A stretch of 64,000 nucleotides of DNA from Squalus acanthias. Its lineage: Eukaryota. The translations under genes were made by a program, and so were the position numbers. Below, piece after piece: positions 35,098-50,297 of the stretch (its first letter is position 1; each line of letters starts with the position of its first letter). The stretch covers positions 1 through 64,000 of the forward strand of contig JASTWF010000335.1 in the NCBI GenBank assembly GCA_030390025.1, in the 5' to 3' direction. Under the pieces are notes generated by a model that did not search any database, was not told the DNA's origin, and saw nothing but the letters and a program-made list of their open reading frames with translations.

Positions 35098-38000
35098 CTC
35101 CCTATCTCTGTAACCTCCTCCAGCCCCTACAACCCTCCCTATCTCTGTAACCTCCTCCAGCCCCTACAACCCTCCCTATCTCTGTAACCTCCCCCAGCCC
35201 CTACAACCCTCCCTATCTCTGTAACCTCCTCCAGCCCCACAACCCTCCCTATCTCTGTAACCTCCTCCAGCCCCTACAACCCTCCCTGTCTCTGTAACCT
35301 CCTCCAGCCCTACAACCCTCCCTATCTCTGTAACCTCCTCCAGCCCCTACAACCCTCCCTATCTCTGTAACCTCCTCCAGCCCCTGCAACACTCCCTATC
35401 TCTGTAACCTCCTCCAGCCCCTACAACCCTCCCTATCTCTGTAACCACCTCCAGCCCCTGCAACCCTCCCTATCTCTGTAACCTCCTCCAGCCCCTACAA
35501 CCCTCCCTATCTCTGTAAGCTCCTCCAGCCCCTACAACACTCCCTATCTCTGTAACCTCCTCCAGCCCCTACAACCCTCCCGATCTCTGTAGGCTCCTCC
35601 AGCCCCTACAACACTCCCTATCTCTGTAACCTCCTCCAGCCCCTACAACCCTCCCTATCTCTGTAAGCTCCTCCAGCCCCTACAACACTCCCTATCTCTG
35701 TAACCTCCTCCAGCCCCTACAACCCTCCCGATCTCTGTAATCTCCTCCAGCCCTACAACCCTCCCTATCTCTGTAACCTCCTCCAGCCCTACAACCCTCC
35801 CTATCTCTGTAGGCTCCTCCAGCCCCTACAACACTCCCTATCTCTGTAACCTCCTCCAGCCCCTACAACACTCCCTATCTCTGTAACCTCCTCCAGCCCC
35901 TACAACCCTCCCTATCTCTGTAAGCTCCTCCAGCCCCTACAACACTCCCTATCTCTGTAACCTCCTCCAGCCCCTACAACCCTCCCGATCTCTGTAATCT
36001 CCTCCAGCCCCTACAACACTCCCTATCTCTGTAACCTCCTCCAGCCCCTACAACCCTCCCGATCTCTGTAGCTCCTCCAGCCCCTACAACACTCCCTATC
36101 TCTGTAACCTCCTCCAGCCCCTACAACCCTCCCTATCTCTGTAAGCTCCTCCAGCCCCTACAACACTCCCTATCTCTGTAACCTCCTCCAGCCCCTACAA
36201 CCCTCCCGATCTCTGTAATCTCCTCCAGCCCTACAACCCTCCCCTTCTCTGTAACCTCCTCCAGCCCTACAACCCTCCCTATCTCTGTAACCTCCTCCAG
36301 CCCCTACAACCCTCCCTGTCTCTGTAACCTCCTCCAGCCCTACAACCCTCCCTATCTCTGTAACCTCCTCCAGCCCCTACAACCCTCCCTATCTCTGTAA
36401 CCTCCTCCAGCCCCTGCAACACTCCCTATCTCTGTAACCTCCTCCAGCCCCTACAACCCTCCCTATCTCTGTAACCTCCTCCAGCCCCTGCAACCCTCCC
36501 TATCTCTGTAACCTCCTCCAGCCCCTACAACCCTCCCTGTCTCTGTAACCTCCTCCAGCCCTACAACCCTCCCTATCTCTGTAACCTCCTCCAGCCCCTA
36601 CAACCCTCCCTATCTCTGTAACCTCCTCCAGCCCCTGCAACACTCCCTATCTCTGTAACCTCCTCCAGCCCCTACAACCCTCCCTATCTCTGTAACCACC
36701 TCCAGCCCCTGCAACCCTCCCTATCTCTGTAACCTCCTCCAGCCCCTACAACCCTCCCTATCTCTGAAATCTCCTCCAGCCCTACAACCCTCCCTATCTC
36801 TGTAACCTCCTCCAGCCCCTACAACCCTCCCTATCTCTGTAACCTCCTCCAGCCCCTACAGCCCTCCCTGTCTCTGTAACCTCCTCCAGCCCTACAACCC
36901 TCCCTATCCTGTAACCTCCTCCAGCCCCTACAACCCTCCCTATCTCTGTAACCTCCTCCAGCCCCTGCAACACTCCCTATCTCTGTAACCTCCTCCAGCC
37001 CCTACAACCCTCCCTATCTCTGTAACCTCCTCCAGCCCCTGCAACCCTCCCTATCTCTGTAACCTCCTCCAGCCCCTACAACCCTCCTGTCTCTGTAACC
37101 TCCTCCAGCCCTACAACCCTCCCTATCTCTGTAACCTCCTCCAGCCCTACAACCCTCCCTTTCTCTGTAACCTCCTCCAGCCCCTACAACCCTCCCTATC
37201 TCTGTAACCTCCTCCAGCCCCTGCAACACTCCCTATCTCTGTAACCTCCTCCAGCCCCTACAACCCTCCCTATCTCTGTAACCTCCTCCAGCCCCTACAA
37301 CCCTCCCTATCTCTGTAACCTCCTCCAGCCCCTACAACCCTCCCTATCTCTGTAAGCTCCTCCAGCCCCTACAACCCTCCCTATCTCTGTAACCTCCTCC
37401 AGCCCTACAACCCTCCCTATCTCTGTAACCTCCTCCAGCCCCTACAACCCTCCCTATCTCTGTAACCTCCTCCAGCCCTACAACCCTCCCTATCTCTGTA
37501 ACCTCCTCCAGCCCCTACAACCCTCCCTATCTCTGTAACCTCCTCCAGCCCTACAACCCTCCCTATCTCTGTAACCTCCTCCAGCCCCTACAACCCTCCC
37601 TGTCTCTGTAACCTCCTCCAGCCCTACAACCCTCCCTATCTCTGTAACCTCCTCCAGCCCCTACAACCCTCCCTATCTCTGTAACCTCCTCCAGCCCCTG
37701 CAACACTCCCTATCTCTGTAACCTCCTCCAGCCCCTACAACCCTCCCTATCTCTGTAACCTCCTCCAGCCCCTGCAACCCTCCCTATCTCTGTAACCTCC
37801 TCCAGCCCCTACAACCCTCCCTATCTCTGTAAGCTCCTCCAGCCCCTACAACCCTCCCTATCTCTGTAACCTCCTCCAGCCCCTACAACCCTCCCTATCT
37901 CTGAAATCTCCTCCAGCCCTACAACCCTCCCTATCTCTGTAACCTCCTCCAGCCCCTACAACCCTCCCTATCTCTGTAACCTCCTCCAGCCCCTACAACC

Positions 38001-41000
38001 CTCCCTATCTCTGTAACCTCCTCCAGCCCCTACAACCCTCCCTATCTCTGTAACCTCCTCCAGCCCCTACAACCCTCCCTGTCTCTGTAACCTCCTCCAG
38101 CCCTACAACCCTCCCTATCTCTGTAACCTCCTCCAGCCCCTACAACCCTCCCTATCTCTGTAACCTCCTCCAGCCCCTACAACACTCCCTATCTCTGTAA
38201 CCTCCTCCAGCCCCTACAACCCTCCCTATCTCTGTAACCACCTCCAGCCCCTGCAATCCTCCCTATCTCTGTAACCTCCTCCAGCCCCTACAACCCTCCC
38301 TATCTCTGTAACCTCCTCCAGCCCCTACAACCCTCCCTATCTCTGTAACCACCTCCAGCCCCTGCAACCCTCCCTATCTCTGTAACCTCCTCCAGCCCCT
38401 ACAACCCTCCCTATCTCTGTAACCTCCTCCAGCCCCTACAACCCTCCCTATCTCTGTAACCTCCTCCAGCCCCTACAACCCTCCCGATCTCTGTAATCTC
38501 CTCCAGCCCTACTACCCTCCCTATCTCTGTAACCTCCTCCAGCCCTACAACTTCCCTATCTCTGTAACCTCCTCCAGCCCCTACAACCCTCCCTGTCTCT
38601 GTAACCACCTCCAGCCCTACAACCCTCCCTATCTCTGTAACCTCCTCCAGCCCCTACAACCCTCCCTATCTCTGTAACCTCCTCCAGCCCTTGCAACACT
38701 CCCTATCTCTGTAACCTCCTCCAGCCCCTACAACCCTCCCTATCTCTGTAACCTCCTCCAGCCCCTGCAACCCTCCCTATCTCTGTAACCTCCTCCAGCC
38801 CCTACAACCCTCCCTATCTCTGTAAGCTCCTCCAGCCCCTACAACCTTCCCTATCTCTGTAATCTCCTCCGGCACTACAACCCTCCCTATCTCTGTAACC
38901 TCCTCCAGCCCTACAACCCTCCCTATCTTTGTAACCTCCTCCAGCCCCTACAACCCTCCCTATCTCTGTAACCTCCTCCTGCCCCTAAAACCCACCCTAT
39001 CTCTGTAACCTCATCCAGCCCCGACAACCCTCACTATCTCTGTAACCTCCTCCTGCCCCTAAACCCTCCCTATCTCTGTAACCTCCTCCAGCCCCTGCAA
39101 CCCTCCCTATCTCTGTAACCTCCTCCAGCCCCTACACCCCTCCCGATCTCTGTAAGCTCCTCCAGCCCCTACAACACTCCCTATCTCTGTAACCTCCTCC
39201 AGCCCCTACAACCCTCCCTATCTCTGTAACCTCCTCCATCCCCACAACCCTCCCTATCTCTGTAACCTCCTCCAGCCCCTAAAACCCTCCCTGTCTCTGT
39301 AACTTCCTCCAGCCCTACAACCCTCCCTATCTCTGTAACCTCCTCCAGCCCCTACAACCCTCCCTATCTCTGTAACCTCCTCCAGCCCTACAACCCTCCC
39401 TATCTCTGTAACCTCCTCCAGCCCCTACAACACTCCCTATCTCTGTAACCTCCTCCAGCCCTTACAACCCTCCCTATCTCTGTAACCACCTCCAGCCCCT
39501 GCAACCCTCCCTATCTCTGTAACCTCCTCCAGCCCCTACAACCCTCCCTATCTCTGTAAGCTCCTCCAGCCCCTACAGCACTCCCTATCTCTGTAACCTC
39601 CTCCAGCCCCTACAACCCTCCCGATCTCTGTAATCTCCTCCAGCCCTACAACCCTCCCTATCTCTGTAACCACCTCCAGCCCCTGCAACCCTCCCTATCT
39701 CTGTAACCTCCTCCAGCCCCTGCAACCCTCCCTGTCTCTGTAACCTCCTCCAGCCCTACAACCTTCCCTTTCTCTGTAACCTCCTCCAGCCCCTACAACC
39801 CTCCCTATCTCTGTAACCTCCTCCAGCCCCTGCAACACTCCCTATCTCTGTAACCTCCTCCAGCCCCTACAACCCTCCCTGTCTCTGTAACCTCCTCCAG
39901 CCCCTGCAACCCTCCCTATCACTGTAACCTCCTCCAGCCCCTAGAACCCTCGCTATCTCTGTAACCTCCTCCAGCCCCTACAACCCTCCCTATCTCTGTA
40001 ACCTCCTCCAGCCCCTACAACCCTCCCTATCTCTGTTACCTCCTCCAGCCCCTACAACCCTCCCTATCTCTGTAACCTCCTCCAGCCCTACAACCCTCCC
40101 TATCTCTGTAACCTCCTCCAGCTCCTGCAACCCTCCCTATCTCTGTAACCTCCTCCAGCCCTACAACCCTCCCTATCTCTGTAACCTCCTCCAGCCTCTA
40201 AAACCCTCCCTATCTCTGTAACCTCCTCCAGCTCCGACAACCCTCCCTATCTCTGTAACCTCCTCCAGCCCCTACAACCCTCCCTATCTCTCTAACCTCC
40301 TCCAGTCCCTACAACCCTCACTATCTCTGTAACCTCCTCCTGCCCCTACAACCCTCCCTATCACTGTAACCTCCTCCAGCCACTAGAACCCTCCCTATCT
40401 CTGTAACCTCCTCCAGCCCCTACAACCCTCCCTATCTCTGTAACCTCCTCCAGCCCCTACAACCCTCCCTATCTCTGTTACCTCCTCCAGCCCCTACAAC
40501 CCTTCCTATCTCTGTAACCTCCTCCAGCCCTACAACCCTCCCTATCTCTGTAACCTCCTCCAGCTCCTACAACCCTCCCTATCTCTGTAACCTCCTCCAG
40601 CCCTACAACCCTCCCTATCTCTGTAACCTCCTCCAGCCTCTACAACCCTCCCTATCTCTGTAACCTCCTCCAGCTCCGACAACCCTCCCTATCTCTGTAA
40701 CCTCCTCCAGCCCCTACAACCCTCCCTATCTCTGTAACCTCCTCCAGCCCCTACAACCCTCCCCATCTCTGTAACCTCCTCCAGCCCCTACAACCCTTCC
40801 TATCTCTGTAACCTCCTCCAGCCCTACAACCCTCCCTATCTCTGTAACCTCCTCCAGCTCCTACAACCCTCCCTATCTCTGTAATCTCCTCCAGCCCCGA
40901 CAACCCTCACTATCTCTGTAACCTCCTCCTGCCCCTAAAACCCTCCCTATCTCTGTAACCTCCCCCAGCCCCTACAACCCTCCCTATCTCTGTGACCTCT

Positions 41001-44000
41001 TCCAGCTCCTACAACCCTCCCTATCTCTGTAACCTCCTCCAGCCCTACAACACTCCCTATCTCTGTAACCTCCTCCAGCCCCTACAACCCTCCCGATCTC
41101 TGTAATCTCCTCCAGCCCTACAACCCTCCCTATCTCTGTAACCACCTCCAGCCCCTGCAACCCTCCCTATCTCTGTAACCTCCTCCAGCCCCTACAACCC
41201 TCCCTGTCTCTGTAACCTCCTCCAGCCCTACAACCTTCCCTTTCTCTGTAACCTCCTCCAGCCCCTACAACCCTCCCTATCTCTGTAACCTCCTCCAGCC
41301 CCTGCAACACTCCCTATCTCTGTAACCTCCTCCAGCCCCTACAACCCTCCCTGTCTCTGTAACCTCCTCCAGCCCCTGCAACCCTCCCTATCTCTGTAAC
41401 CTCCTCCAGCCCCTACAACCCTCCCTATCTCTGTAAGCTCCTCCAGCCCCTACAACACTCCCTATCTCTGTAACCTCCTCCAGCCCCTACAACCCTCCCT
41501 ATCTCTGTAACCTCCTCCAGCCCCTCCAAACTTCCCTATCTCTGTAATCTCCTCCGGCCCTACAACCCTCACTATCTCTGTAACCTCCTCCAGCCCTACA
41601 ACCCTCCCTATCTTTGTAACCTCCTCCAGCCCCTACAACCCTCCCTATCTCTGTAACCTCCTCCTGCCCCTAAAACCCTCCCTATCTCTGTAACCTCATC
41701 CTGCCCCGACAACCCTCACTATCTCTGTAACCTCCTCCTGCCCCTAAACCCTCCCTATCACTGTAACCTCCTCCAGCCCCTAGAACCCTCGCTATCTCTG
41801 TAACCTCCTCCAGCCCCTACAACCCTCCCTATCTCTGTTACCTCCTCCAGCCCCTACAACCCTCCCTATCTCTGTAACCTCCTCCAGCCCTACAACCCTC
41901 CCTATCTCTGTAACCTCCTCCAGCTCCTACAACCCTCCCTATCTCTGTAACCTCCTCCAGCCCTACAACCCTCCCTATCTCTGTAACCTCCTCCAGCCTC
42001 TAAAACCCTCCCTATCTCTGTAACCTCCTCCTGCTCCGACAACCCTCCCTATCTCTGTAACCTCCTCCAGCCCCTACAACCCTCCCTGTCTCTGTAACCT
42101 CCTCCAGCCCTACAACCTTCCCTTTCTCTGTAACCTCCTCCAGCCCCTACAACCCTCCCTATCTCTGTAACCTCCTCCAGCCCCTGCAACACTCCCTATC
42201 TCTGTAACCTCCTCCAGCCCCTACAACCCTCCCTGTCTCTGTAACCTCCTCCAGCCCCTGCAACCCTCCCTATCACTGTAACCTCCTCCAGCCCCTAGAA
42301 CCCTCGCTATCTCTGTAACCTCCTCCAGCCCCTACAACCCTCCCTATCTCTGTAACCTCCTCCAGCCCCGACAACCCTCCCTATCTCTGTTACCTCCTCC
42401 AGCCCCTACAACCCTCCCTATCTCTGTAACCTCCTCCAGCCCTACAACCCTCCCTATCTCTGTAACCTCCTCCAGCTCCTGCAACCCTCCCTATCTCTGT
42501 AACCTCCTCCAGCCCTACAACCCTCCCTATCTCTGTAACCTCCTCCAGCCTCTAAAACCCTGCCTATCTCTGTAACCTCCTCCAGCCCCGACAACCCTCC
42601 CTATCTCTGTAACCTCCTCCAGCCCCTACAACCCTCCCTATCTCTCTAACCTCCTCCAGTCCCGACAACCCTCACTATCTCTGTAACCTCCTCCTGCCCC
42701 TAAAACCCTCCCTATCACTGTAACCTCCTCCAGCCACTAGACCCCTCCCTATCTCTGTAACCTCCTCCAGCCCCTACAACCCTCCCTATCTCTGTAACCT
42801 CCTCCAGCCCCTACAACCCTCCCTATCTCTGTAACCTCCTCCAGCCCCTACAACCCTTCCTATCTCTGTAACCTCCTCCAGCCCTACAACCCTCCCTATC
42901 TCTGTAACCTCCTCCAGCTCCTACAACCCTCCCTATCTCTGTAACCTCCTCCAGCCCTACAACCCTCCCTATCTCTGTAACCTCCTCCAGCCTCTAAAAC
43001 CCTCCCTATCTCTGTAACCTCCTCCAGCTCCGACAACCCTCCCTATCTCTGTAACCTCCTCCAGCCCCTACAACCCTCCCTATCTCTGTAACCTCCTCCA
43101 GCCCCTACAACCCTCACTATCTCTGTAACCTCCTCCTGCCCCTAAAACCCTCCCTATCACTGTAACCTCCTCCAGCCCCTAGAACCCTCCCTATCTCTGT
43201 AACCTCCTCCAGCCCCTACAACCCTCCCTATCTCTGTTACCTCCTCCAGCCCCTACAACCCTTCCTATCTCTGTAACCTCCTCCAGCCCTACAACCCTCC
43301 CTATCTCTGTAACCTCCTCCAGCTCCTACAACCCTCCCTATCTCTGTAATCTCCTCCAGCCCCGACAACCCTCACTATCTCTGTAACCTCCTCCTGCCCC
43401 TAAAACCCTCCCTATCTCTGTAACCTCCCCAGCCCCTACAACCCTCCCTATCTCTGTGACCTCCTCCAGCTCCTACAACCCTCCCTATCTCTGTAACCTC
43501 CTCCAGCCCTACAACACTCCCTATCTCTGTAACCTCCTCCAGCCCCTACAACCCTCCCGATCTCTGTAACCTCCTCCAGCCCTACAACCCTCCCTATCTC
43601 TGTAACCACCTCCAGCCCCTGCAACCCTCCCTATCTCTGTAACCTCCTCCAGCCCCTACAACCCTCCCTATCTGTGTAACCTCCTCCAGCCCCTACAACC
43701 CTCCCTTTCTCTGTAACCTCCTCCAGCCCCTACAACCCTCCCTATCTCTGTAACCTCCTCCAGCCCCTGCAACACTCCCTATCTCTGTAACCTCCTCCAG
43801 CCCCTACAACCCTCCCTGTCTCTGTAACCTCCTCCAGCCCCTGCAACACTCCCTATCTCTGTAACCTCCTCCAGCCCCTACAACCCTCCCTGTCTCTGTA
43901 ACCTCCTCCAGCCCCTGCAACACTCCCTATCTCTGTAACCTCCTCCAGCTCCGACAACCCTCCCTATCTCTGTAACCTCCTCCAGCCCCTACAACCCTCC

Positions 44001-47000
44001 CTATCTCTCTAACCTCCTCCAGTCCCGACAACCCTTACTATCTCTGTAACCTCCTCCTGCCCCTAAAACCCTCCCTATCACTGTAACCTCCTCCAGCCAC
44101 TAGAACCCTCCCTATCTCTGCAACCTCCTCCAGCCCCTACAACCCTCCCTATCTCTGTAACCTCCTCCAGCCCCTACAACCCTCCCTATCTCTGTTACCT
44201 CCTCCAGCCCCTACAACCCTTCCTATCTCTGTAACCTCCTCCAGCCCTACAACCCTCCCTATCTCTGTAACCTCCTCCAGCTCCTACAACCCTCCCTATC
44301 TCTGTAACCTCCTCCAGCCCTACAACCCTCCCTATCTCTGTAACCTCCTCCAGCCTCTAAAACCCTCCCTATCTCTGTAACCTCCTCCAGCTCCGACAAC
44401 CCTCCCTATCTCTGTAACCTCCTCCAGCCCCTACAACCCTCCCTATCTCTGTAACCTCCTCCAGCCCCTACAACCCTCACTATCTCTGTAACCTCCTCCT
44501 GCCCCTAAAACCCTCCCTATCACTGTAACCTCCTCCAGCCCCTAGAACCCTCCCTATCTCTGTAACCTCCTCCAGCCCCTACAACCCTCCCTATCTCTGT
44601 TACCTCCTCCAGCCCCTACAACCCTTCCTATCTCTGTAACCTCCTCCAGCCCTACAACCCTCCCTATCTCTGTAACCTCCTCCAGCTCCTACAACCCTCC
44701 CTATCTCTGTAATCTCCTCCAGCCCCGACAACCCTCACTATCTCTGTAACCTCCTCCTGCCCCTAAAACCCTCCCTATCTCTGTAACCTCCCCAGCCCCT
44801 ACAACCCTCCCTATCTCTGTGACCTCCTCCAGCTCCTACAACCCTCCCTATCTCTGTAACCTCCTCCAGCCCTACAACACTCCCTATCTCTGTAACCTCC
44901 TCCAGCCCCTACAACCCTCCCGATCTCTGTAATCTCCTCCAGCCCTACAACCCTCCCTATCTCTGTAACCACCTCCAGCCCCTGCAACCCTCCCTATCTC
45001 TGTAACCTCCTCCAGCCCCTACAACCCTCCCTGTCTCTGTAACCTCCTCCAGCCCTACAACCTTCCCTTTCTCTGTAACCTCCTCCAGCCCCTACAACCC
45101 TCCCTATCTCTGTAACCTCCTCCAGCCCCTGCAACACTCCCTATCTCTGTAACCTCCTCCAGCCCCTACAACCCTCCCTGTCTCTGTAACCTCCTCCAGC
45201 CCCTGCAACCCTCCCTATCTCTGTAACCTCCTCCAGCCCCTACAACCCTCCCTATCTCTGTAAGCTCCTCCAGCCCCTACAACACTCCCTATCTCTGTAA
45301 CCTCCTCCAGCCCCTACAACCCTCCCTATCTCTGTAACCTCCTCCAGCCCCTCCAAACTTCCCTATCTCTGTAATCTCCTCCGGCCCTACAACCCTCACT
45401 ATCTCTGTAACCTCCTCCAGCCCTACAACCCTCCCTATCTTTGTAACCTCCTCCAGCCCCTACAACCCTCCCTATCTCTGTAACCTCCTCCTGCCCCTAA
45501 AACCCTCCCTATCTCTGTAACCTCATCCTGCCCCCACAACCCTCACTATCTCTGTAACCTCCTCCTGCCCCTAAACCCTCCCTATCTCTGTAACCTCCTC
45601 CAGCCCCTAGAACCCTCGCTATCTCTGTAACCTCCTCCAGTCCCTACAACCCTCCCTATCTCTGTAACCTCCTCCAGCCCCTACAACCCTCCCTATCTCT
45701 GTTACCTCCTCCAGCCCCTACAACCCTCCCTATCTCTGTAACCTCCTCCAGCCCTACAACCCTCCCTATCTCTGTAACCTCCTCCAGCTCCTACAACCCT
45801 CCCTATCTCTGTAACCTCCTCCAGCCCTACAACCCTCCCTATCTCTGTAACCTCCTCCAGCCTCTAAAACCCTCCCTATCTCTGTAACCTCCTCCAGCTC
45901 CGACAACCCTCCCTATCTCTGTAACCTCCTCCAGCCCCTACAACCCTCCCTATCTCTCTAACCTCCTCCAGTCCCGACAACCCTCACTATCTCTGTAACC
46001 TCCTCCTGCCCCTAAAACCCTCCCTATCACTGTAACCTCCTCCAGCCCCTAGAACCCTCCCTATCTCTGTAACCTCCTCCAGCCCCTGCAACCCTCCCTA
46101 TCTCTGTAACCTCCTCCAGCCCCTACAACCCTCCCTATCTCTGTTACCTCCTCCAGCCCCTACAACCCTCCTATCTCTGTAACCTCCTCCAGCCCTACAA
46201 CCCTCCCTATCTCTGTAACCTCCTCCAGCTCCTACAACCCTCCCTATCTCTGTAACCTCCTCCAGCCCTGCAACCCTCCCTATCTCTGTAACCTCCTCCA
46301 GCCTCTAAAACCCTCCCTATCTCTGTAACCTCCTCCAGCTCCGACAACCCTCCCTATCTCTGTAACCTCCTCCAGCCCCTACAACCCTCCCTATCTCTGT
46401 AACCTCCTCCAGCCCCGACAACCCTCACTATCTCTGTAACCTCCTCCTGCCCCTAAAACCCTCCCTATCACTGTAACCTCCTCCAGCCCCTAGAACCCTC
46501 CCTATCTCTGTAACCTCCTCCAGCCCCTACAACCCTCCCTATCTCTGTAACCTCCTCCAGCCCGTACAACCCTCCCTATCTCTGTTACCTCCTCCAGCCC
46601 CTACAACCCTTCCTATCTCTGTAACCTCCTCCAGCCCTACAACCCTCCCTATCTCTGTAACCTCCTCCAGCTCCTACAACCCTCCCTATCTCTGTAATCT
46701 CCTCCAGCCCCGACAACCCTCACTATCTCTGTAACCTCCTCCTGCCCCTAAAACCCTCCCTATCTCTGTAACCTCCCCAGCCCCTACAACCCTCCCTATC
46801 TCTGTGACCTCCTCCAGCACCTACAACCCTCCCTATCTCTGTAACCTCCTCCAGCCCCGACAACCCTCACTATCTCTGTAACCTCCTCCAGCCCCTACAA
46901 CCCTCCCTATCTCTGTAACCTCCTCCAGCCCCTACAATCCTCCCTATCTCTGTAACCTCCTCCAGCTCCTACAATCCTCCCTATCTCTGTAACCTCCTCC

Positions 47001-50000
47001 AGCCCCTACAACCCTCCCTATCTCTGTAACCTCCTCCAGCCCCTACATCCCTCCCTATCTCTGTAACCTCCTCCAGCTCCTACAACCCTCCCTATCTCTG
47101 TAACCTCCTCCAGCCCTACAACCCTCCCTATCTCTGTAACCTCCTCCAGCCCCTACAATCCTCCCTATCTCTGTAACCTCCTCCAGCCCTACAACCCTCC
47201 CTATCTCTGTAACCTCCTCCAGCCCCTACAACCCTCCCTATCTCTGTAACCTCCTCCAGCCCCTACAGCCCTCCCTATCTCTGTAACCTCCTCCAGCCCC
47301 TACAACCCTCCCTATCTCTGTAACCTCCTCCAGACCTACAACCCTCCCTATCTCTGTAACCTCCTCCAGCCCCTAAAACCCTCCCTATCTCTGTCACCTC
47401 CTCCAGCCCCTGCACCCATCCCTATCTCTGTAACCTCCTCCAGCCCCACATAACCCTCCCTATCTCAGTAACCTCCTCCAGACCCTACAACCCTCCCTAT
47501 CTCTGTAACCTCCTCCAGCCCCGACAACCCTCCCGATCTCTGTAATCTCCTCCAGCCCTACAACCCTCCCTATCTCTGTAACCTCCTCCAGCCCCTACAC
47601 CCCTCCCTATCTCTGTAACGTCCTCCAGCCCCACATAACCCTCCCTATCTCAGTAACCTCCTCCAGACCCTACAACCCTCCCTATCTCTGTAACCTCCTC
47701 CAGCCCCGACAACCCTCCCGATCTCTGTAATCTCCTCCAGCCCTACAACCCTCCCAATCTCTGTAACCTCCTCCAGCCCCTACAACCCTCCCTATCTCTG
47801 TAACCTCCTCCAGCCCCTGCAACACTCCCTATCTCTGTAACCTCCTCCAGCCCCTACAACCGTCCCTATCTCTGTAACCTCCTCCAGCCCCTGCAACCCT
47901 CCCTATCTCTGTAACCTCCTCCAGCCCCTACAACCCTCCCTATCTCTGTAACCTCCTCCAGCCCTACAACCCTCCCTATCTCTGTAACCTCCTCCAGCCC
48001 CTACAACCCTCCCATCTCTGTAACCTCCTCCTGCCCCTACAACCCTCCCTATCTCTGTAACCTCATCCAGCCCCGACAACCCTCCCTATCTCTGTAACCT
48101 CCTCCAGCCCCTACAACCCTCCCTATCACTGTAACCTCCTCCAGCCCCAGAACCCTCCTATCTCTGTAACCTCCTCCAGCCCCTACAACCCTCCCTATCT
48201 CTGTAACCTCCTCCAGCCCCTACAACCCTCCCTATCTCTGTAACCTCCTCCAGCCCCTACAACCCTCCCTATCTCTGTAACCTCCTCCAGCCCTACAACC
48301 CTCCCTATCTCTGTAACCTCCTCCAGCTCCTACAACCCTCCCTATCTCTGTAACCTCCTCCAGCCCTACAACCCTCCCTATCTCTGTAACCTCCTCCAGC
48401 CTCTAAAACCCTCCCTATCTCTGTAACCTCCTCCAGCTCCGACAACCCTCCCTATCTCTGTAACCTCCTCCAGCCCCTACAACCCTCCCTATCTCTCTAA
48501 CCTCCTCCAGTCCCGACAACCCTCACTATCTCTGTAACCTCCTCCTGCCCCTAAAACCCTCCCTATCACTGTAACCTCCTCCAGCCCCTAGAACCCTCCC
48601 TATCTCTGTAACCTCCTCCAGCCCCTACAACACTCCCTATCTCTGTAACCTCCTCCAGCCCCTACAACCCTCCCTATCTCTGTAACCTCCTCCAGCCCCT
48701 ACAACCCTTCCTATCTCTGTAACCTCCTCCAGCCCCTACAACCCTCCCTATCTCTGTAACCTCCTCCAGCCCCGACATCCCTCACTATCTCTGTAACCTC
48801 CTCCTGCCCCTAAAACCCTCCCTATCACTGTAACCTCCTCCAGCCCCTAGAACCCTCCCTATCTCTGTAACCTCCTCCAGCCCCTACAACCCTCCCTATC
48901 TCTGTAACCTCCTCCAGCCCGTACAACCCTCCCTATCTCTGTTACCTCCTCCAGCCCCTACAACCCTTCCTATCTCTGTAACCTCCTCCAGCCCTACAAC
49001 CCTCCCTATCTCTGTAACCTCCTCCAGCTCCTACAACCCTCCCTATCTCTGAAATCTCCTCCAGCCCCGACAACCCTCCCTATCTCTGTAACCTCCTCCT
49101 GCCCCTAAAACCCTCCCTATCTCTGTAACCTCCCCCAGCCCCTACAACCCTCCCTATCTCTGTGACCTCCTCCAGCACCTACAACCCTCCCTATCTCTGT
49201 AACCTCCTCCAGCCACGACAACCCTCACTATCTCTGTAACCTCCTCCAGTCCTACAACCCTCCCTATCTCTGTAACCTCCTCCAGCCCTACAACCCTCCC
49301 TATCTCTGTAACCTCCTCCAGCCCCTACAATCCTCCCTATCTCTGTAACCTCCTCCAGCCCCACAACCCTCCCTATCTCTGTAACCTCCTCCAGACCCTA
49401 CAACCCTCCCTATCTCTGTAACCTCCTCCAGCCCTACAACCCTCCCTATCTCTGTAACCTCCTCCAGCCCCTAAAACCCTCCCTATCTCTGTAACCTCCT
49501 CCAGCCCCTACAACCCTCCCTATCTCTGTAACCTCCTCCAGCCCCTACAACCCTCCCTATCTCTGTAACCTCCTCCAGACCCTACAACCCTCCCTATCTC
49601 TGTAACCTCCTCCAGCCCCTAAAACCCTCCCTATCTCTGTAACCTCCTCCAGCCCTACAACCCTCCCTATCTCTGTAACCTCCTCCAGACCCTACAACCC
49701 TCCCTATCTCTGTAACCTCCTCCAGCCCCTACAACCCTCCCTATCTCTGTAACCTCCTCCAGCCCCTACAACCCTCCCTATCTCTGTAACCTCCTCCAGC
49801 CCTACAACCCTCCCTATCTCTGTAACCTCCTCCAGCCCCTAAAACCCTCCCTATCTCTGTAACCTCCTCCAGCCCCTAAAACCCTCCCTATCTCTGTAAC
49901 CTCCTCCAGACCCAGAACCCTCCCTATCTCTGTAACCTCCTCCAGACCCTACAACCCTCCCTATCTCTGTAACCTCCTCCAGCCCCTAAAACCCTCCCTA

Positions 50001-50297
50001 TCTCTGTAACCTCCTCCAGCCCTACAACCCTCCCTATCTCTGTAACCTCCTCCAGCCCCACAACCCTCCCTATCTCTGTAAACTCCTCCAGCCCCTACAA
50101 CCCTCCCTATCTCTGTAACCTCCTCCAGCCCCACAACCCTCCCTATCTCTGTAACCTCCTCCAGACCCTACAACCCTCCCTATCTCTGTAACCTCCTCCA
50201 GCCCCACAACCCTCCCTATCTCTGTAACCTCCTCCAGCCCCACAACCCTCCCTATCTCTGTAACCTCCTCCAGACCCTACAACCCTCCCTATCTCTG
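35098..50297 (+). repeat. 15.2-kb 36/37-bp L2-derived minisatellite with higher-order blocks
   Basis: (CCCTATCTCTGTAACCTCCTCCAGCCC(C)TACAACCCT)n. Confidence 0.98.
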
